The notes under the pieces: model-generated
Databases searched by the model: none
What the model saw: the letters and a program-made list of their open reading frames with translations, nothing else
Told to the model about the DNA's origin: nothing
Part shown: positions 1 through 10,155 of the stretch, one piece after another
How positions within the stretch are numbered: the first letter of the stretch is position 1
Layout of the letters: the number at the start of each line of letters is the position of its first letter
Made by a program: the position numbers and the translations under genes
NCBI GenBank assembly: GCA_000708835.1
Contig: DF237071.1
Coordinates: forward strand, 1 to 64,000
From: Klebsormidium nitens
Taxonomy: Eukaryota; Plantae; Klebsormidiophyceae
Length of the DNA stretch: 64,000 nt
Reading direction: 5' to 3'

Positions 1-864
1 GGATGAGGATTAAGCGACAGAAAGGATTCAGCTTTGTTACATTTGTGCTAAAGCACGGCCCGCTTACGAGAGCGTTTACTTGTTTTTTGAGCATGGTTGC
101 CTTCGCTTTGATGAGTATACAGCACTTTTTGGGGCAGGGTTGGCCAGCGGAAGAAACTCAACGGTGGGTGTGCGCACAGAGCACACGAACTTTGGCTAGG
201 ACAGGTCAGGAATCGAGCTTGCGCTTTTTGGTTTACATTTTGAAGTGTTGATCTGCGGCTGCGCCTATGAGAGCGTCCCTTCGAATGCACACCGGTACTC
301 GCCATTGCCAGACTGACATTCTTCCGGCTGGGTGAACCTGTTGTCCGGCTCAGCGACATTATCACCTTTCCGAATGGCGGATGCAACGCCACCAGACCCA
401 TCAGTGCCGGGAGATGCACTGCTTGAGAAAATACGGTTAAGCTAGACCGGCAGGTAGTCTCGGACTGAATAGAACACTGAACTGCAATGCAAACGCGGTC
501 GGTCAGGTCCAAAACAAGGGCGATAAAGCGCTTGCACAGGGCAGCTATGAGGTAGAGTATGCGGAAATTGTCGGGCCGCAGTCCAAATAAGAAGCACCAA
601 ATCAGGAGCCAGACAGTCTCAATCCCGGAGGATTGTTACACGTAGTCCAACGCCCGAGAAACCCCAAGAGTAACAAGGGCTAAGGAACGCTGCTGCGGGA
701 CTGCTTTGCGGTTGTGCATTGCGGAAACACTGGCAGCCGCGTTTGCCCTTCCTTGTCACAAGCGCAGATGCATGGTTATCAGCTTTCTCAAAGACAGAAC
801 TTCCATGCAAAGCTCGTCCAGTCAACGCAAGCGGGGTCAGATCGCAGAAGAAGGAGAGCAGGCA

Positions 865-1720
865 GTGGCGGCGTCCGAGAAACACTCGAGAGGAGCGTGA
901 GCGCTGACGTAAGGCCACAGTCCGTTTTCATCATGGCCGCGTTTCGCTAACCAAAAGCTCCAAAAAACGCTACAGCTGATGGTCGCGTCGGAGATGCGAA
1001 TTCAATGAAGAAAGGAGCTTGAGCTAGTGAGCTCACAGTCCTTAAGCTCGTCATGCGCTGAATGAAAGCTGCAAAGAATTTGTGAGTCAGAGAGGACGAC
1101 ACGGTGACCTTAGTGCAAAGGTGAGCTCACAATAAAAAAAAACGTCATGGTCGCGATGCGCTGACAGAAAGCTACAGAGGATTCCAGCAAGTGAATTGTG
1201 GCGTCGGACACAACCGCACGAGACCTGACCGCAAAGGTGAGCTCACAATCCATCAAGTTCGTCATGGCCGCGCTACGCCGACGAAAGCCGCGAAGAACTC
1301 GAGCAAGTAATCGTGGCGTCGAAGAGGACCTGAGCGCAAAGGTGAGCTCACGACCAATCAAACACGTCATGGCCACGCGGCGCCAACCGAAAGCGGATCA
1401 ACAAACCTAGAGCAGGTAGCGGAGGCGTCCGACTACGTGACCAAATCGTCCAATTTCGTCAAGGCCGTGCTGCGCTGATTAAAGGGTTGCAATGGGTACA
1501 GAGCAGGTAGTGCTGGCGTGATAAAAAACGACTGAACATAGAGATTTGAGCACAAGAATGGGCTCACAAACTGTTCTTGTTCATCATGGCCGCGCTGCAA
1601 AACATTGGCAGGCTGCAAAGACACGGAGCAGGTCTTGGTGGCGTCGTAGATGACCTGACGAGAAAAAAGGCATGCGGGCTAAAGCGAGCTCGCAACCGTC
1701 TAAGCTCTTCATGGCCGCCA
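865..1720. repeat. Cluster 1 of ~95-120 bp diverged tandem modules (~8 units)
   Basis: Recurring + strand order GTGGCGTC(G/A)G - variable - TGAGCGCAAAGGTGAGCTCAC - variable - TTCGTCATGGCCGCGCTGCGCTGAC-NGAAAGCTGC-ATTCGAGCAAGT. GTGAGCTCAC occurs at 1027, 1121, 1237 and 1342. Confidence 0.9.
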
Positions 1721-4700
1721 AGTCGGGAGTCTAGGCACATCCATCCAAACGACACGTACAGAGAAAAGACACCTTCTAGTAGTCGCCAAGCCTCACAAGC
1801 CTTGCCTTCAGATAGAACTTCCTGACACGTAGGACAGGCAGCTAAACACGGAAGAGAAGCGAAACCATCTCAAAGAAACAGTACTGCTGGATGTCGAAAC
1901 GACGATGCCTCCAGGAGCAAGGAGGCCCGCGAAATGACCGAGAGAACGTCCCTGGAAAGGAGCGCAACAAGCTGGAAGCGCATTAACAACCCGCAAAGCA
2001 AGCAGCCATACCCCTCGCGCTTTCGAAACAAATAAGGCGTTGACTGGGTTTGCTTGGAAGGACTGGTTGAAGCAAAATGACACGCGGAACGCGACGGCAA
2101 CTTCTCTAAAATTCGAGCCGCGATGACCTCAGCGATTGAAGGCAAGACGAGATGCCAAACGCCATGGGAAGGAGCGCGCGCTGAAGCAGGTAAAAGGACT
2201 TGGTCACCGGGCATGCCTTCATGATGTCTTCGAGCACCTTTTCAAAGGAGAGCTACGCAGCAGATTTCACCAACTGAGCACAACCGGCGGGCAGGAGACG
2301 GGTTAGGACTCTAACCCCTGCAACACTCGCTTTTTTCCGCCTCCAAATAAACGCAGAACAAGAACGCTAACGGCCTAAGCAGACGAAGAGCATCAACGAT
2401 CCACGCAGGAGATACGAAACTCCATCCACGCTGACGGCAGCGTCCTCGTATGGACGACTCTCTGAAATTCATCAAACGCAATATGAAAGAGATTATGAGG
2501 TGGCACGGCTTTTTGACAAAGCTCTAAGCCCAAGCAAAGCGGAATCAGCAAAACAAGCGACCGAGCGGGCTTCGAAAGCTGCCGTAAGAAGTGAAGACTG
2601 AAGCAATAGAACTCGCAATTGATGGCGGCATCATTTCAACCCTCGTGCGGAAAGTGGACACAACAATCTGCCCAGAGAGTTTGAAATCATTGCCGCCACA
2701 AAGAAAAGGAAGCGTTTCGGTATTCGCGAGTGTCCAAAAATGACGAAAAAGACAGAACACTGCCCAAAATCAAACGAGGCTGACCTCAAGGGTTTTGGCA
2801 TGTTTGACATTTTCACGACTAAGCGCCATGTGATACGCAAAGCTCAATGAGTTGCCGTGTGAGGCTGGAGGAAACCAAAGATTGAGCAAAGGCTAGTGTA
2901 GGAGCGCCAAACTCTATTGCGTAGCTCATAAATCCGAGTACAGACTCTACTGGGAAACTAAAGCTCCCAGTTTCTCATCAAGGCCACTGGAATCTCTGTC
3001 TCTTGACATCGACTTTTGAGGGTTGTGCTCCATTCTCCAGATGGCTCAGTAAACCAAGCGGGCGTGCACATGGGCGGTCGTAAGAAAAGCGGGCAAGGAA
3101 GGAAGGGGCGTTTAAACAATTTTTTCTGACCTGAGCCACTGCTTTGGTGACCATTTGGCAGCGGCATCAGAAGACCTTTGAGAAACTAACTTGAGCACAG
3201 TACTGCCCACGAGGATTACCTCTAAGGCCGCTACAAAGCCCACTGCACGTCCATCTTTTAAAGAAGGGCTTAACGAGTCGTGAAGCACACGTTATTGCAT
3301 AAGACGGTCCAGCCAGTGACGACATGTAAGGTCTATCCTCGTTCAAAGGACCAATACGAGCACAACGGGCGAGCACATACTGACCGCGGCGTCAAGCCTT
3401 GCACAAGACAAACGGCAGTACGTGGGTTTCCAGAATGAGCCCAAAGTTTATCATGGCCGCAGTTTCGGCAACAGTGGTCGACGTGTGATCGAAGAGAGTG
3501 ATTTTCACAAGCTGCATGCTCGTATCAGTTTTCCGGTTGCGTCAATCCTTCGCAAATGTCTGCCGGACATACTAACAAGGCGTCACTGCTGGAGTCACCG
3601 AAATAAGAGTAACATTGAGTTGCGCTCGAGTAGTCCCTCCATAAGCGGACCAGCGTCTGTACAAGTCGCCTTCACGGGGTCAAATATTTGAAACACCCGT
3701 CAAAGCCCTCGATTATTATGCACTTCACTGATGAACAGAAGAGACGCGGCGTCAGTTCAAGGCGGCCTGAGCAGCAACCCGGGAGCCTCATCCTAGAGAT
3801 TTCACCGCAGCCGCCACAATGAAAAAGGTTGCAAAGCGGAGGCAGCGTTGTACTGCTCACATGACGCATACCAAGTCGATTACAACGTACATGCAGGGCG
3901 AAACGGTCTCCAAGTGGCAAGGCAGAGCTGATTAAGTAAAGTTTATACTATGGACGCCTCTAGAAAACCAGACTATTCTGAGCACCCTTGCAAACCATAT
4001 GGATCACCCGCGTTCCTTTTTGGCTCTCGGAACATCGCTGACTAGACCTTGCTGCAAGAAGCAAGGCACTATAAGCAGCGGTCGGCCAACCCACGAAAAG
4101 GGTACAATAAGCAAGCTGATGTGGATCAGGATTGGCAACTAGCAGAACTCAAAAGTGCGTATGAGCAGAAAGCACACAAACTTTGGCTATGGAAGCTAAA
4201 ATCCTGGGCTAAACTCATTTTCTGAGATATTTGAGGTGCTCGTCTGCGGCTTGGCCTATCAGAGCGTTCCTTCGATCGAAATGCACACCTGTACATTCCA
4301 ACCCCAGACTGACATTCTTCCGTTCGGTGAACCTGTTGTCCACCTTAGCGACATATCACCTCTCCGAATGGCGGATGCGACGCCACGGGACCCATCAGTG
4401 CCGAAAAAATTACTGCTTACGAAAACCCGCTTAAGCTAAGCTGACCGGCAGGGAGTCTCGGACTGAATAGATGCACTGGAATGTTAGCAAGGGGAACGCG
4501 ATCGGTCAGGTCCACAAGAATTGTGAGGACACCCTTGAAGGATCTAGGGCAGGTGTAACGCAAAGTGTACGACACTTTCTATTGGCCGCGGTCTGGACAG
4601 TAAGCAACCAAAGGAGCCAGACAGTGCCAAGTTTCAAGACCAGTGCACGTAGACCACTGCTATAGTGGCGCCAAAGGCTGGAAAAGTAACTTCGAGACTG

Positions 4701-4869
4701 CTTCGCACTTGTGCCTCACGGCAGGTGACGGCAGCCGCGTCTGGACTTCCTTGTAGCGAGCGCCAAAGCATGTGTGTCCGCTCTCTTGTAAGCGGAAACA
4801 GTCGAGCAAAGATTGCCTGGTCAACGCAAGCGGAGTAGGAGCCACAGCCACGGAGCAGAAAAGAGCAGG

Positions 4870-5670
4870 TAGTGGTGGCGTCCGGACGGAAACGACGACG
4901 TGAGCGCTCACGTGACCTCACAGTCTGAATCATCATGGCCGCGCGGTCAGGAACAGTCAAAGTCTGAGAGGAACGGCACAGGTGATAATGGCCTCGGAGA
5001 TGCAACTTCGAACAGAGAGGAGCTGGAGCTAGTGAGCTCACTATTCGTAACTTCTGGCATGGCCGCGCTGCGCTGACTGAAAGTCACAAAGCATTCGAGC
5101 ACGTAAAAAGGGGCGTCGGAAACGAAGAAAGCGCTGAACGGAGCGCAAATGTGAGCTGACAATAAATGAAGTTCGTCGTGGCCGCGATGCGCTGACAGAA
5201 AGCTGCACAGGTTTCGAGTAAGTAAATCATGGCGTTGGAGAGGATCAAAGCCCAGACCTCAGCTCAAAGGTGAGCTCACAGTCAATCAAGTTCGTCATGG
5301 CCACGGTGCGCCGTCGAAAACTGCGAACGATTTGAGCGGGTGGCAATGGCGTCGACGCCGATGAGACTTCGGTAAGAGACTTGCGCACCAAGTCGTCTAA
5401 GTTCGTCATGGCCGTGCTGCGCTGATTAAAAGATGCATGTTGATACAGCAGCCAGTGCTGGCGTCAGGAGAAAAGCACCGGGCAGAGGAATCTGAGCGGT
5501 GAAGTGAGCCCACGACTTATTCCGGTCCATCGGAGTCATGGCCGCACTGCATGCAGAAAAGTGGCAGGCTGCGAAGGAATGAAGCACATCATGGTGGCGT
5601 CGGAGATGAGCTGACGCGAAATAACATCTGCGGGAAAAGCGAGCCCGCATTGGTCTAAGGTTCTCATGGA
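4870..5670. repeat. Module cluster 2a (~7 units)
   Basis: Same motif order as cluster 1, with the same flanking sequences. Confidence 0.9.
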
Positions 5671-6599
5671 CGCCAGGTTAAGGCACATCCTTGCAAAAGT
5701 TTCGTACTAAGAAAAGGCAGATTCTAGGAAAAACGACGCCTCACGAGGCTTGCATACGATCAAGGAAGAAATTCCTGACGTGTAGGACAAACAGCAAAAC
5801 ACGAAAGAGCAGCGATTCCAACTCATAGCAACGCTACTGCAGACGGAATGTCAAAAGACCATCCATCCAGGAGCGAGGAGGCCCTTGAAACGACCGAGTC
5901 AACGTCCCTGGAAAGAAGCGCCCCAAGCTAAAAGCCCCTTAGCAACCTTAGCTCAACAATGACGCCATCTGTGCTGTATTGGGCAATCATCTCCCAATTT
6001 CACATCAGAGCTACTAAGGTTTTGTCTTGAGATCAACGTAAATCGTGCTCCATTGCCAGAACGCTAGATAAGCAAAGCGAGCCTGCACGTGGGCGGTCGT
6101 ACAAGACGAAGAACGAAGAGGCTTTTGAGAGAACTCGTCTGACATAAGGCCTTGCTCGGGTGCCCGTTCACGGCGGCATCAGTATGAATCCTGAGAGAGT
6201 ATTTGTGTATCTGGACATAGTACTGCCCACGAGGATTGCCTCAAGACCGCTACGATGACTCAAGAGCACCACCCTCGTCATGAGTTGACATTCGCGTATA
6301 CCAGGACGACCTTTTTGAAGCGGCGATGAAAACGTCCACTCTCTGGCAGAAAAGCTTGTGTCCAGTATTGTGTCATCCATTGATGCTGCCATCCACTGCA
6401 AGGTTTTTGGAATTCGCTTCTGATGGCGATTTTAGAAGCTCGCTCGGTTGCTTGTTCCGATGACTCCGCTTTACGCGGACTTCATTGTTTCCGGAAAAAG
6501 GCGTGCCACGTCAAGTGCTTCGAGGTGCTCTTCATTCAAGAGCGTGGCCCACCTTGCGCAGCGTTGAAAGGCATTTGTATTTTACGGAGCAGAAAAGAG

Positions 6600-7495
6600 C
6601 AGGTAGTCGTTGTGTCCGGACGGAAACGACGACGTGAGCTATCAATGACCTCACAATCTATGTTCTTCATGGCCGCGCTGCAAGTATCAAGGTCTGCGAG
6701 GAATGGCACAGCTGACGGTGGCGTCCGAGATGCGGATTTGGACAAGAGAGGACTTTGAGCTAGTGAGCTCACAATCCGTGACCTGGTCATGGCCACGCTG
6801 CGCTGACTGAGTGCTGTAAAGAGATGAGAGAGGAGTGGTGGCGTCGGGAAGGACAACCTGCACGGTGACCTCAGCGCAAAGGTGAGGTCACGATCAATGA
6901 AACGTCATGGCCACGCTGCGCCAGTGACGAATTGTCAAGCATTCGAGCAAGTAAGTTGTGGCATCGGAGAAAACCCCACGAGACCTGAGCGCAAAGGTGA
7001 GCTCACGACACCCAGCTTCGTCATGGCCGCGCTGCGCTGACTATAGTTGGGGAGGATTCCAGGAAATAGATTGTGGCGTCCGTATGGACCCCAGAGACCT
7101 GAGCGCAAAGGTGAGCTAACGATAGAAGTTCATCATGGCCACTCTGCGCCTACGAAAGCTGCAAAACATCCGGGCGTATAGTGGCGGCGTCGATTCCGAC
7201 GACAGTTGGGTGTTATGCGACTCGAAATCGTCCAAGTCTGTCAGAGCCGTGCTGCGCAGATTGACAGCTGCAATCGGTAGGAAGCAGGTAGTGCTGGCGT
7301 CAAGAAAGATCATTGAAGTGAGAACTGAGCGCTAAAGTGAGCTCACAAATTGTTCCCGTTCATCATGGCCGAGCTGCACTTACTCAAAACTGCGGAAGAA
7401 CGGAGCAGGTCATGCGGGCGTCGGAGATGACGGGTGAGAAGATTGCGGGCTAAAACGAGCTCGCAACCGTCTGAGCTCGTCATGGCCGCCAAGTC
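6600..7495. repeat. Module cluster 2b (~8 units)
   Basis: Same motif order. It follows an inverted junction segment at ~6280-6545. Confidence 0.9.
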
Positions 7496-8671
7496 GGGAG
7501 TCTAGGCACATACTCGCCAAAGACCCGGACAGAGAATGGCACTTCTAGAAAACGCCAAGCCTCACAAGCATCTCGTTCAATAAAAGTTTCCCTGACGTGT
7601 AGGGCAGGCAGCAAAACACGATAAATCAGCAAATCAATCTCATAGCAACGCTACTGCAGAAGAGGAATGTCCAAAAAGACCAGGCATTCTAGAGCAGGAG
7701 GCCCGTGAATGACCGAGACAACGTCCCTGGAAAGGAGCGCCCCAAGCTGAAAGCGTCTTAGCAGCTCGCAAAGCAAGCAGCCGTAAAGCCTCGCGCTTTC
7801 AAAAGCAGGAACAGTGCAGGCGTTGACCGGGATTGCTGGAAGGTCAGGGTGACGAAACTAACACGAGGAACGCAACGGTGAGATTGAGCAAAGGCTAGGA
7901 ACGCCAACCTTTGCTAAGTAGCTCAAAGATGGACGCCATCTGTACTGGGCAATTTAAAGCTCCCGGTTTCACATCACGGCTAGTAAACGTTTGTCTTGAC
8001 AACGACGTGAAATTTGGGCTTCATGGCCGGAACGCTGAGAGAAAAAAAAGCGCCTGCAGGTTGGCCGTACATAATAGGAAAAAAACGCCTAACCTAGGAA
8101 CCGACCGTTTGATAGCAGCATTCCAACGAACCATGGATGTACTGTCGTAGTTGAGCACGATTCTGCCCACGAGGATAGCCTCAGAGCCGCTGCAAAGACT
8201 TGAGTGCACATGCTTTCCAGTCAGGCCAAGCGAGTCATGAAGCACATACATGACGGCTGAAAAGGTCCAGACAGTCACGAAGTGCAAGGTCTCTCCTGAT
8301 TTACAAGACCAACACGAGCACAAACGGCGAGTACGTACTGACTGCGGCGTCAAGCCTTGATCAGAAGAGGGAATGGCATTGGGTTCCTAGAAGGAGCCCA
8401 TTAATTATCATGGCCGCAGTTTTGACAACGGAAGAGGTTTGACACAGTGGTCGAAATGCACATTGCTGATCGAAAACAGTGATTGTCACAAGCTGCATGC
8501 TCGTATCAACTCCCAAGTTGGGTCAATCCTTCGGAAAGTTTGCTGGACATACGACAAAGCTTGCTACGGAGTCTCGTCACTGCTGGAAGTCACTGAGATA
8601 AAATTGAGATGCGCTCGAGTAGTCCCTCCATAAGCGGACCTGCGTTCATGCAAAAGGCTGTACAAGTCGCC

Positions 8672-9045
8672 CAGGGGGACCAAACGCCAGCCAAAACCCG
8701 TGGAACCATGTTCCGAGCCGTCCGATGAGAATTGTCCCTTCCTGGACGGTCAAGATTGCGTATTTGCGTCTCCCGAGCACCGATGTGGTCCTCGATTGGT
8801 CAGAGGAGAGGGTTATCTAGATGGTTAGAAGCTGGTTACCTAATAAATGCCTGTCGATTCAACCATAACCAGCCCCTTACTCCTCGTAAACGGCGTGTTG
8901 CCCGGACACAAAAAGGTAGGGGTTTGAAGCTGACCCTTTGGAGGTCTAATCCCACCATTGCCCGGTTCCGGACAACACGCCGTTTGCCTTCTGGAACATG
9001 GATCCAGGTTGCATGGAAGTTTGCCTGGGGTGTTTGGTCCCCCTG
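8672..9045. mobile_element. Non-autonomous hAT-type MITE, 374 bp
   Basis: Perfect 14-bp TIR CAGGGGGACCAAAC/GTTTGGTCCCCCTG and 8-bp TSD AAGTCGCC (8664-8671 and 9046-9053). The paralogous empty site with a single AAGTCGCC is at ~3663-3670. There is an internal inverted repeat AAACGGCGTGTTGCCCGGA (~8888) / TCCGGACAACACGCCGTTT (~8966). Confidence 0.9.
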
Positions 9046-9414
9046 AAGTCGCCTCCACGGCGTCAAAAACTTGCGCATCTGTCAAAGCCCTCGATTACAT
9101 TATGCAGTTCATTGGTGACCAGACGAGACGCGGGGTCCGGACAGCAAGCAACTAAGGGAGCCAGACAAATGCCAAGCTTCAAGACCAACCCACGTAGACC
9201 ACTGCGAAGTATCTGCAATAGTGGCAAGGGCTAAAGAAAGCACCCGAGAGACTGCTTAGCACTTGTGCTTTGCGGCAACGCCGGCGGTCACGTTTGCGCT
9301 TCCTTGTCGCCGAGCTTAGATGCATGTTCGCCCGCTCTACCGAAACCGGAAACAATCAAGCAAAAAGTTGCCCGGTCAATGCAAACGGGGTCAAAATCGC
9401 AGAAGAATGAAGCA

Positions 9415-10155
9415 GGTAGTGGTTGCGTCCGGATGCAGTAACGACATGTGCGCTCATATGAGCTCACAGTCTATGTTCATCATTGCCGCCATGCGGTAAC
9501 TGAGAGCTGCGAGAAATCGAACAGTTGATGGTGGCGTCGGAGCTCAACGAAATGAGGAGCTTGAGCTAGCGAGCTCGCAATCCGTAAGTTCGTCATGGCC
9601 ACGATGTGCTGACAAAACCTGCAAAGGATTCGAGCAAGTAATCCTAGATTGGAGAGAAACAAAAGGGAAACCTGAACGCAAAGGTGAGCTCACGATAATT
9701 CAGGCTGACTGATAGTTGCGAAGATTCGAGCAAGTAGTCATGGCGTTGGAGAAGACCGCATGACAACTGAGCCCAAAGGTGAGCTCACAATCAATCAAAT
9801 TCGTCACGACCACGCTCGCCAAAAGCTGCAAAGCATTCATGGGTACTATTCCTGTCGAGACCGTGGGTGTCATAAGACCTGAAGTCGTCTAAAGTCGTCG
9901 AGCTTGTGCTGCGCTGATTAGAAGCGACAATTTTGAAAGTGCAACTGCTGACGTCAGGAAAAAGCACCGGACAAGAAGTTTGAGCACTGAAGTGAGGCCA
10001 CGACTGTTCCGATTCATCGTCATTACCGAGCTCCATTGCTTAAGAGTTGCGAAAGACTAAAGCAGGTCAAGGGGCGTCGGAGATGAGTGGTGAGAAAGGG
10101 GAAAATGCGGGCTAAAACGAGCTCGCAACCTTCTATGCTTGTCATGGCCGCCAAG
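9415..10155. repeat. Module cluster 3 (~7 units)
   Basis: Same motif order and the same downstream flank (CCAAGTCGGGAG...GGCACAT). Confidence 0.88.

Noticed and set aside
1150-1180. Hammerhead ribozyme (CTGA..GAAA words in the modules)
   Set aside because: CTGA and GAAA are adjacent, with no stem II and no recognisable stems I/III.
1201-1270. SECIS element (ATGA...GA core)
   Set aside because: There is no helix II complementarity or apical AA loop, and the location is intronic with no selenoprotein gene nearby.
1110-1755. Ankyrin-like coding repeat (SAQRGHDE reading on the - strand)
   Set aside because: Unit lengths are 94-116 bp and the core is 32-42 bp, mostly not multiples of 3. Stops occur in that frame, and there is no TPLH or LL..GA register.
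3422-3691. Recurrent short ORFs GFxNEPxxYHGRxFGN (also 27405 and ~25600)
   Set aside because: They are translations of the diverged module, and the frame is not preserved between copies.
865-10155. CRISPR array interpretation of the repeat/variable-segment pattern
   Set aside because: The context is eukaryotic and intronic, there are no cas genes, the repeats are only motif-level similar, and the spacers are homologous between clusters.
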